Shown here: piece by piece, positions 53,748-64,000 of the stretch
How positions within the stretch are numbered: position 1 is the stretch's first letter
Layout: each line of letters starts with the position of its first letter
Source: Eledone cirrhosa
Lineage: Eukaryota
Length of the DNA: 64,000 nt
Direction of reading: 5' to 3'
Assembly: GCA_964016885.1 (NCBI GenBank)
Contig: OZ024742.1
Coordinates: 189,472,001 to 189,536,000, forward strand
The notes under the pieces: generated by a model
The model's input: the letters and a program-made list of their open reading frames with translations, nothing else
Told to the model about the DNA's origin: nothing
The model's database searches: none
Translations under genes and position numbers: made by a program

Positions 53748-54743
53748 TTATATGTACCATGTTTCAGCAGGATTTGTACTCAGAGTAAATATCTAACACT
53801 CCAAATGACAAATACACACAAACTAACTCTCACACATATCTACAACAACAATAGATAGAAAATTCCCGAAACACATTGGCTACTATAACGATTTAGCGCA
53901 TGTGTATTTCAAAGACGTACACCAGTTAGAGAAGAACCCATCGAACGTCCATTTTTGTTTAGAACCGTTTCTGTCTCACATTTTGAAAAGATGGTACGAT
54001 TTCTGAAATATGTTGAAATATACTGGGTAAAGCATTACTTTGTTTTGTTTTAGTCACCCTTTGCTCTTTATATAGTTCTACCGCATTGTATCGGCTTTTT
54101 GAAACTTATCAGTCATGTATATATATATATATATATAAATATATATACTTCGTTTTGTATTTGTTTTGCAAGATTTTTATGTGTAACCGCGCGTTAAAAT
54201 TTTGCGATGGTCATACTGGCAATAAAAACACACCAGTTGAGTTTCACAATATATTATAATTTTCTGTCGGTTAGTTTAATACCCAGATGGTTGTTTAAAC
54301 CATGGTTTAAAACAAAACAAAGAGGTGACATAAAGTAACAAAAGTAGTCACTGAATGTGTGATGAAAGAGCTTTGACAGTTAACAACGAAACAACCGACG
54401 GAAAACTATAATAATAAATTGTGTGTGCTTTTATTGGCAGCATGAGTCTCCCAAAGATTAACAACACACACACACATATGTATAAGTATATAGGAATAAG
54501 TATATATATGATGAGAAACTTATCAAAGAGTGTATCCATAGATGCTTCCTCCATTTATTTATATATATATTCATACGTGGAGAGAGGAAGATATATATAT
54601 ATATGTATTCGTACGTGGAGAGAGGAAGATATATATATATATATATATATAAGTAGAAATTGTATTTAATTTGTTGGAAGTCCGACAAACATAAATGCTT
54701 ATAACTGATTTAGAGCACTCAACAGTTTACTGCAGTAAATATT

Positions 54744-55057
54744 CAATGATATTAAATAAATAGAAACTATATTTATAAAACCATATTTATTTTATTATAT
54801 ATATTTCAAGGGCAACCAACACAACATTGGTACGCTTTCATCAGATAAAATACAAAATCATACCTTATCGGTTGGAAATTCACTATGCAGTGAATTTCCA
54901 ACCGATAAGGTATGATTTTCATTGGTACGTCTCTATTTATAAAACAAACTTTGTATTTTATCTGATGAAAGCGTACCAGTGTTGTCTTGGTTGCCCTTGA
55001 AATATATATAATAAAATAAATATGGTTTTATAAATATAGTTTCCATTTATTTAATGT

Positions 55058-55062
<5 letters not shown>
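54744..55062. repeat. Nested inverted repeat: outer arms 54744-54856 and 54950-55062, inner perfect 31-bp hairpin 54854-54919
   Basis: Direct reverse complementarity. Confidence 0.93.
54954..55018 (+). ncRNA. Type I hammerhead (mirror copy at 54788-54852 minus)
   Basis: Stem I TATTTTAT/ATAAAATA, CTGATGA, interrupted stem II AAG..ACCA/TGGT..CTT, GAAA, palindromic ATATATAT, ATA site. Confidence 0.7.
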
Positions 55063-55108
<46 letters not shown>

Positions 55109-55186
55109 AAAATTTCGCTCTACATGGCTGAATACAATAAATGTAATCTGAGATTTTCGAATGAACCCTTCATTCTTGCTCAGTGA

Positions 55187-55232
55187 GCTGTACTGGTGAA
55201 GGGTGATACCCAGAAACATTAGTGTCTGCTGT
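55187..55232 (+). ncRNA. Hammerhead copy with A6G core mutation
   Basis: GCTGTA-CTGGTGA-AGGGTGATACCCA-GAAA-CATTAGTG-TC-TGCTGT. Paralog of 62765-62810. Confidence 0.6.
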
Positions 55233-55472
55233 TCTGTTCGCATGCCAACACAAGAGCAAGAATAAGGGGCTCATTCTACTGACATGGCAATAACATTGAG
55301 GCTTGTTTGCATAATTGCAAACGAATCGAATGTTATTATTAATATTCGAAAAACTCAGATTACATATATATATAGTGGTAGAACACTGAAAGGTAATATC
55401 CGTAGTGGTAGAGCACTCAGACCATGGGACGAGTTAAGTAGAAGTGGTTACACAACAGTTAGTTCACCAAAC

Positions 55473-55510
55473 CGAGAACAATTGTTTCACCTTAGCGGAT
55501 CCTCAGCTCG
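55473..55510 (-). ncRNA. Minimal type I hammerhead
   Basis: CGAG-CTGAGGA-TCCGCTAAGGT-GAAA-CAATTG-TT-CTCG. Same family as 51523-51560. Confidence 0.72.
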
Positions 55511-58500
55511 AGGACTGCTGTGTAACCACTTCTATATATATGTGTGTGTGTATGTATGTATATATATATGTAGTACGAAAGATAGATAAATTGGGAGATA
55601 TTAATATTGGATTTATACTTCTATAAATACCAACAAACATTTACTGGTAGTGTGTGTTCATACATGTAATGAAGATGTATTTATGGTATCTCAGTTGATT
55701 GGTACTTGAGTTTCACAGGCACTGTCAGCTCATCAACCAGTGGAGTTGTTAGTTTATATGTGACAATATATAGAAAACGTATTTATCTAGGTGGATTGGG
55801 GCTAGGAAGGTTTTTTTTTGGTTGGGAAGAGGGGGGGGGGGTCGAAAGTAAAAAGATTAAATTCTTAGCTGGAGGAGGGGATTGTGTAGCAATTGTTTAG
55901 ATTATGATAAAAAATGTCAATTAACTTTAGATCGTAGATGAGTAATAACATAGAAATAAAGAGGAGAAATTAAAGAAAAGACAACTAAAAACATCCTGGA
56001 TTGACTCATACTCTGAGATTCATCTTCTGTATCTAATTCATTCAGCTATTTTCAAATTGTTGGATATTGACTGGAACAGATTTCTTGGTTTGGTGTTAGG
56101 ATTGCTTTTTTAAAAAAAAGGAAATTATTTTTCAGAAGATTATTCTGTTTTCTGTATTAAACGTTTAACCCTTTAGCATTTACATTACTCTATATTTACT
56201 ATTATATTTTTCCAGTAAAGACTTTACCTGATATAATTATCTCACATAATATCAAATCTATGAGATTTGGATATTGTTTATTTTGAGACAATACCTTAAC
56301 ATCAGTATAAACGGCCAGTTACAGCCAGTTGGAGCAGAAAGAGGTGAGATAATTCTGGCTGGATATGGCCGGTTTAAATGCTAAAGAGTGAAGTATGTTC
56401 TCCATGCTGGATTTGATGTGTTCCTATGTTTTAGTATTATTTTTTTTTTTTTACTTTATTCACAAAGGGAATTAAACTGGTTACAAGTTTCTTGATGTCA
56501 GCATATGTATAAAGAGCTCAACTTTTTCTTGTAGTATATATTATATTTTTTATGTTATTGGCGAGAGAACTCAATACCGGTATATTATCGCAGGTCCTTC
56601 TCAACTGGCAATTGCTTTGGATAGCAATTTCAAATGATGTGTCACTGTATTTTTTCCCTATATTATTCCACTTGAAATCCACCTGCTGCAGGTCCTCTGG
56701 AAAAATTCTGCATTAGGTTTCCTGGATTTTCTTCTATTCCATTTACCCACTGTAAGCTCAACCAAACTGGCACCTTCATTTGTGTGTATGTCTTGTGTCT
56801 GGTTGTAGAGACAAATTTATTATGCACAAATTTTTGATTCCTGTCTTCAGGGAATAATTCATCCATTCTTTTAAGATTTATTTACATGTAATGTTGACTG
56901 CCACTTTCTCCTTGACTAGACATTAAACAAAGATAACATGCTTTTTATAAACAAAACATAGAGGTTTATCCCAGAAAGGGATTAATACATATATGCATGG
57001 CATTGGCCCTTAACTCCTGATGGAATAGTAAATGTACCATAGTGATATACAGAATATTCAAAGCATTTTAAACCTGGAAGATCCCATCCCTCTCAAGGTC
57101 AGACACCTACATAAACATGTCCTGTTTTAGATTTTAGGTCTTCAAAGAATTTTAATAATTTCAAATCTGGCTTTGCTATAACACCTATTACAAATTTGCC
57201 AACTGGAGACAATTAAGGTCAACTGAGTAGTAATGGGAGACATGTATGGCATACTGAGTAAAGAGAAACAACTGTGGTGCTGAGTAGTCAAGGGAGGTTT
57301 CCAAGACCAAAGTAAATGAGACAGACCATTGAGGTGATAAGACAATATTTAAGAGACATCTATGGTCAGTTGAGTTTTCAAGGGAGACAACTGTGGTATA
57401 CTCCCAATATCCAGGAAAAAAGGCAAGTGTTGATGCCATGAAAAAATACACTTAGTGCACACCATGAAGTGGTTGGCATTAGGAAGGGCATACTTCCATA
57501 GAAACTATGCCAGAATGAGACATATGAGCATTAGTCATGTGACCTGTCTAGCCTCAGAACATAACAACCCATCTAACATATACATGCTTAAAGGACATAA
57601 AACAGTAATGATAATGAAGTCGACAGCAGTGAAGACATGAGAATATCTGGGAAGGCATGAAATAAGTTTTGATTTGTGAATGACTAATGCAGAATCAGAT
57701 CTAATTGAAGCAATGTATAGAAAACTATTGACAAGTAAAGAAGCTGAATAAATCTTTGCATAAATCAATCAATCCTCATCATCATCACAAATTCCTGTAT
57801 CTATTTATGTCTTTTATTTTCTATATATCTATTTCTGTTGGCTTGATTTTCATTGTTGTATCATTTGAAAAGATTTCATTGGTCAATCAGGAATCACAAT
57901 TACTTTATGTTCAATGTTGATGTAACAGTTAAAATAGCCTCAGTTACTCTGCTATGTGTGGTCTGTTGAAGGTGGTTGAGCTGAATATTAGAGAATAATA
58001 ACAATAATTATTATAGAGATATGCTTTCTTCACTCAGCTCAAGGAAAGGACAACCTACAATGCTACAATAAAATGCTCACATATAATATGTTTATCATGT
58101 ACCCTTGCTTTAGCAAGGAGAATTACTGTAACAGCAACATGACATCAACAAATTTTATTTGAAAATATATGCAATATATTTTATCAGAAATATGGTAACA
58201 AAAGTTAGAATGTAAGAGAAATAGAGGCACCACAAAGAGTTGTATGAGCAACAAGATGAATACAATAAGCATTTTAAGATCATTTTTCTCTGCTAAGGTA
58301 GAGGTTAGCCTTGCCAACCTCTGGCAAGCTTCATACCCATCATGGAATCATTTTTGTGACAATGTTTCACAGCTGGTTGCTCTTCTTTGTACTAATGCTT
58401 TTAGTCACCCTTTACAAGATGGTGCATGCATTCTATATCAGATATACATAACCAATATGATGGAAAGTGTTAAAATAAAATAAAAACAAATACATTAACC

Positions 58501-61500
58501 CTTTTGATACCAACCTTCCTAAAATCTCTCCTTATTCTATGATACATAGCTGTCCTTTATAAAGTCTTCATCATTAAGAAATGTTTGTCAAGTAAAGTTC
58601 CAAACATCAGCTTACTAATGAAAAAATTATTTTATTGAATCCCTCAAAATTCTTGATTGTTTTCAAAATTAATTGAAATAGATGTACAGGGCATTTCATT
58701 AGGATGTGGTAAAATAAGGGTTAATGAAACAAAAATTAATAATTTTGCAAGCTCTCCTGATCATAAAAAGAAAATTGTTTTGTGCTAAGGAATATAAATT
58801 CAAGAGTGTTCAAGAAGAAAAGAGAATGTCTATTTACTCCCGAAAATTGATAAAAGTATATAAAATATATTTATTTACACAAAATTAGTAGAAATTTTAT
58901 TGCCTTTGTTTCAGAATTGTTAGGGTATATGGAAACAAAACATTTTGAATCGAAATATTTGTAGGGGAAAACGTACAATAAATGAACTGTAAATATTCAG
59001 TAAGATAAGGAAAGAAATTATATGCAATAAAACTTATAGAATAGATTAATATTCAGGGGAATATTTAGTGAAATGTGTAATGAATGTTCAGAAAATGTGT
59101 AATAAAACAAGCAATGAAATGTGCAGCAAAATTAATTTTAAAATAAAAATATGTGTTAAGAAATATTCAATGCAATATTTGAGGAAATGATCAATATTTA
59201 GTTATATATGCAAAGACACTCTTAACATAATATCATCATTATCGTCATCATTTTTATGTCCATTTTTCCATGCTTACATATGCTGGACAAGTCCTCACCC
59301 ACGGTGTTTCTCTTCACTCATCTATTTCCATAGTCATACCCTTTAAGAGGTTTAGCATCCAGAGGTCATATTTTATCTTCCTCCTGATCCAGAGGTCATA
59401 GTTTATTTCCTTTTTGAGGTTTAGTATCCTGAGGTCAGCTTTCTCCTCATCTGCCCAAGTCTTCTTCAATCTCACTCTCCCACATCTCCCCATTTCTTAC
59501 AGTTTTTGTCATCTCTTTTTTTTGATGTCCAGCATCTTGAGATCTGCTGTCATGAACATGAGAGGATCTCCCTTTTGAGGTGCAACATCTTTGGATCTGT
59601 TTTCATGAATAGCAGAGGGAGATTGATGGGAGAAAAGTTGTACAGAAAGTAATGAATGAGAGAAGGTAATTGCCATGGGTTAATTGAAAAAGAAAGTAAG
59701 CAGATATATGTTGAGAGAAGGCTAAGTAATGAAAGCAATGGGGAGAGGTGCTAAAAAATAACTAATTAAAAGTGAACCAAGAGTCAAAATGTTACAGCTA
59801 ATACAATAAAAATGTTAACAGTCTACACCAACTAAGGTAAAGGTAAATTCCCCTTCATCAGCTCATAGGTATTAAAATTAAATAAGTTTTTGTTTTGTTT
59901 TCTTGTCGACATCTGGGCAATTCTTATCAATTATTCCATTCTGATACTTTATCTTCATCAGATTATTATGCTATGCACTTTAATATTTTATCTAGGCTAA
60001 TGCACACCACTCCACACCATCAGTGCACCTCATGCACACTTTCATACATATATACATATATACATATACATACCATACATATATACATATATACATACAT
60101 TCATACACATATTTTATTGTTCCACTTGCCTTGCTGTTTTAGTTAAACTGTTCCAGTTGCTGCTGAACCTAAGCTACAAACGAGATTTCAATCATAAACA
60201 CAATTACAACTTTGCAGTCTATTGCTAAGAACTAAAAAAATAAAATAAAATATATTGTTTTGTTTTTTTATTCTTATTCTTATTGCAATTGTTGATTTGT
60301 GAAATCATATTGGAAAAAATACACTTATAAATCAATTAATTCTTCTATATTATTTTTTACATATTTTTGATATCATTCTAAAATTATTATACCCCACCCA
60401 AGAAATGATTATATTTTCTTCCAATTTTTCATATTTACATGTACTGGAAGAATAGATTTAGCACTAGATATTAGTTGATGATGATGATAATGCTGTTGTT
60501 ATTGTCGTTGAGTAGTTTGAGGTCAATCCAGATCAAGCAGAATCTATATGTATCAGTGATGTTATTAGCATTGCTTCCCAACTTTTTCCCCACTAAGGGC
60601 ACCTTTTTATCTAAATAAAGTTTTACACAGGCCCGTTGCTACAATAACTGCCCTTCCATATTTTTTGTATGATGGGAAAAAACTATAGTGCTATAACTAT
60701 TTCCAACAATTACCTATTTTAAGTTCATTTGGGTCACTTTCAAGTTTTCTGTAAAGTAGCATAATTTCATTTGTCCAATATTCTGCTCTCATAGATGTTA
60801 TATCAATGGTTCCCAACCTTTCCAGTACCAAGAATCCTTTTAATTTAACCCTTTTGCTAATACATTTCTATTGAAATACACTGCTTATGTGTTTCAATTA
60901 ATTTTGAAAATGCTAAAAAATTGGAGGAATTTAATTGAATAACTAACTTTGTCATTAAGCATTTGGAGCATTATTTAACAGAAATTTAACATAAGGATTT
61001 AATATAAGTATCAACATTATAAAGTGTGCAAATTTGTATAAAAAACCATGGGTGACTTCAGGCTGCTTTGTATCAAAAGGGTTAAATGAATTTTCCCACA
61101 GACTCTCCACTACAATTTCTTCTCTCCCAGTTTTCTATATGGTGGGAATAACAATCAAATAAGAGAAACATTTATACTTAGTGAATAGATACCCAATAGT
61201 GTGTGCATATTATGTTTTTTTCAAACTACCTAGAATTATCATTCAGTGAAAGTAACAATGAAAAAAAGAAATGTTTATGCTTGGAGAAGAATGGATACCC
61301 AATAGCATGTGGATATTATGTACATATCAAAGTACTTGACATTGCTATAGAGTGAAAATAACAATTGAGAGAAGTGTGTATACTTAGAGGAGAACGAATA
61401 CTCAATAGTGTATGTCTATTATAGTTATAATAAAGTACTTGAAATTGTTATAGAGTGAGAATAACATTGAAAGAGAGAAATGTTTATGCTTAGATAAGAA

Positions 61501-61512
61501 ATGGTTATCTAA

Positions 61513-61564
<52 letters not shown>

Positions 61565-61686
61565 AGTAAATGGATAAACAACACAGTAAAATGAAGATAT
61601 ATATTACTTTTAGGTTTGATATAGTTGGAAAAGAGTCAATGTTTTTGACATTAGTTCTTCATCTGAAGATAGATTGAGAAGTAAAG

Positions 61687-61940
61687 GAAGAAATAGAATG
61701 ATAGACAAGGATGAGAAGAAATAGAAAGATAGACAAGGATGAGAAGAAATAGAAAGATAGACAAGGATGAGAAGAAATAGAAAGATAGACAAGGATGAGA
61801 AGAAATAGAAAGATAGACAAGGATGAGAAGAAATAGAATGATAGACAAGGATGAGAAGAAATAGAAAGATAGACAAGGATGGGAAGAAATAGAAAGATAG
61901 AAAGATAGAAAGATAGAAAGATAGAAAGATAGAAAGAAGA
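61687..61940. repeat. 28-bp purine-rich minisatellite (GAAGAAATAGAAAGATAGACAAGGATGA) grading into (GATAGAAA)n
   Basis: Units at 61687, 61715 and onward. Confidence 0.93.
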
Positions 61941-62026
61941 AATAGAAAACATTTTTGAGAGAGAAAGCACACACGTGTTCAGTTAGCCATTGTGGGGAAG
62001 TGCCGGTCAGAATGTATATACACACA

Positions 62027-62088
<62 letters not shown>

Positions 62089-62550
62089 AGCGAAAGAAAA
62101 TTAGGATATTACATGTTTTGTCATCTGCAAATGATAATTATTTGAACTCAAAGAACAAAATTTTCAGAGAATGTCTATATCTAATTAGCCAACTCCTTGC
62201 AAAATGGAAACACTCAATGAATTCAATTTCAACAACATTGATATTGATTTATATACTTTCTTAATCATTTTTTTACACACTCATATAATACGGTACACCT
62301 TTTATACTTCTCAAGTCCATATCTTAATAAATATAAACATCCTATGTCACATACCGCCACACCGACACTGACATAGTCATTTTGATTTTACATCATTAAG
62401 TTTTTTTACAACCATGTCTTCAAGCTTGTCGATGTGCTTGAAGACTAAGTCACAAATTTAATCACTCTTACAACCTGGGGAGATGGTCAAAATTGGGGCC
62501 TGAAACCTGAGGTAGTACCTTTGTACCATGTATGAACACAAATAAATAAC

Positions 62551-62589
<39 letters not shown>

Positions 62590-62764
62590 TACAAAAAAAA
62601 ATGTTCGCGCTACATGGCTGAATACAATAAATGTAATCTGAGTTTTTTTTAATATTAATAATAACATTCGATTTGTTTGCAATTATGAAAACAGGCCTCA
62701 TTTTTAAAGTCATGTCTGTAGAATGAGCCCCTCATTCTTGCTCTTGTGTTGACATGTAAACAGA

Positions 62765-62810
62765 ACTGCAGACACTAATGTTTCTGGGTATCACCCTTCA
62801 TCAGTACAGC
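62765..62810 (-). ncRNA. Type I hammerhead with intact core and GUC site
   Basis: GCTGTA-CTGATGA-A GGGT GAT ACCC A-GAAA-CA TTAG TG-TC-TGCAGT. Confidence 0.78.
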
Positions 62811-63167
62811 TAACTGTTCACCTGCCAACTGTCAGAGCTAGTGAACATATATGCTATTTTCTAAACTATACAGTGACTGATTGGCCTGATTTGCATATCA
62901 GCAGACTGGCCAGTCAATTTCCTATATACGAGCGATAAATGGCCGGCTTTGCCACATTCAAATAAAAAAAAAAAAAATGAGGCTTGTTTGCAGAATTGCA
63001 AACGAATCAAATGTTATTATTAATATGTGTGTATACACATATCTATATATGTATATATATAAGGTGAGAATGAGTACTTAATACTGAAGTAGAATTTAAA
63101 TGTTCTTTTAAGGATTTTATGGGGATTTTTATAAACATAATAAAGAATATATATATATATGTATATA

Positions 63168-63217
<50 letters not shown>

Positions 63218-63695
63218 CTAGCAGTGGTACCTGCCATTGCATGGGATAACGTATTTTGGAACATGGGCCGCCAATAGACCTAATCGTGGAAAAACTGCAT
63301 GCCTGGACAATATGTAAAGAAAATAAACCGAATACACTGATGGCTGGATAATCTTTAGGATTTTCCTCAATGAAGCAGGAAAAATGCAGGTTTTCACCTA
63401 ATGCGGGCCCTAGGGGATGGATCAAGAAAATGAATTTTTTTTATGTGCATAATATGCCTTCAAATTTCGGGAAAATCGGCTAGATGTAACGCCTCAAAAA
63501 ACCCCTAAAAAGCTGAAAAAACGCAGTTTTTCACCTAATGTGGGCCATAGTGGATCAAAAAGTTGAATTTTATGTGCATAACACTCCCTGAAACATGAAT
63601 AATACACATGTAAAGTTTGAAAAAATTTGGTTGGGTACTTCTCGAGTTTTAGGGATTCAAACTCACAGACATCCTCAGTTTTATATATATATAGA
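63218..63695 (-). mobile_element. Non-autonomous Helitron-like element
   Basis: Minus strand starts A|TCTATATATATATAAAACTGAGGATG and ends with an imperfect hairpin (CCCATGCAATGGCAGG) plus CACTG-CTAG|T. Confidence 0.72.
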
Positions 63696-63850
63696 TATAT
63701 ATATATATGACCAAAGATTAATATGGTTCATTGATTACTCAATGAATATAGTTTTACAATAGATTAAAAGCACTCTACAAGGAAGTTTTCTGGAGTTATT
63801 AATATTATTCAAAATATTAATAAATGAAGACGTTCACATAATCAAAATAT

Positions 63851-63920
63851 ATGTTTTATTATATATATTTCGGAGGTACTGTGCTATTCTTCCAGTACGT
63901 CCTCATCAGATAAAATACAT
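63851..63920 (-). ncRNA. Type I hammerhead with canonical core and long stem II
   Basis: TTTTAT-CTGATGA-GGACGTACTG-loop-CAGTACCTCC-GAAA-TATATA-TA-ATAAAA. Canonical G10.1-C11.1 pair. Confidence 0.8.
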
Positions 63921-64000
63921 GAATTGATGTATGACATACCTCAACTGTCTTGATGGTTCAATTCCAGTATTGGCAGTCAATACTGGAATTGAACCATCAA

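Noticed and set aside
57100-57380. Possible additional RTE 3' remnant
   Set aside because: Only a faint resemblance across many stops, so not supportable.
61640-61670. Hammerhead-like CAGATGAAGAACTAATGTCAAAAACATT on the minus strand
   Set aside because: Core and stems are too decayed to call. At most a PLE relic.

Overview
AT-rich eukaryotic intergenic or intronic DNA. The SINE, microsatellite and LINE repertoire looks like an octopus (cephalopod) genome; this is inferred from recognising the repeats, not from a database search. I find no supportable host protein-coding exon, and most ORFs in the track are microsatellite translations. Recognisable content: a disabled Tx1/L1-type LINE (18.6-22.1 kb); three stacked R4/Dong-like RLE LINE 3' ends interleaved with SINEs in (TAA)n tracts (22.2-24.4 kb); a CRE-clade LINE 3' end (52.9-53.7 kb); RTE fragments; several tRNA-derived SINE families; TTAA-flanked piggyBac-type MITEs; hAT-like MITEs; Helitron-like elements; and minisatellites. 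The most striking signal is a recurring architecture, densest at 44-64 kb. Short elements mostly sit in (TA)n tracts as asymmetric fold-back inverted repeats, and many carry type I hammerhead ribozyme motifs (CUGANGA-stem II-GAAA-stem III-UH) from at least five sequence families, some with non-canonical cores. One of them, a 1.24-kb inverted repeat at 45.1-47.7 kb, still encodes a Penelope-like GIY-YIG C-terminus, which ties the set to Penelope-like retroelements. All ribozyme folds were paired by eye and none is tested.
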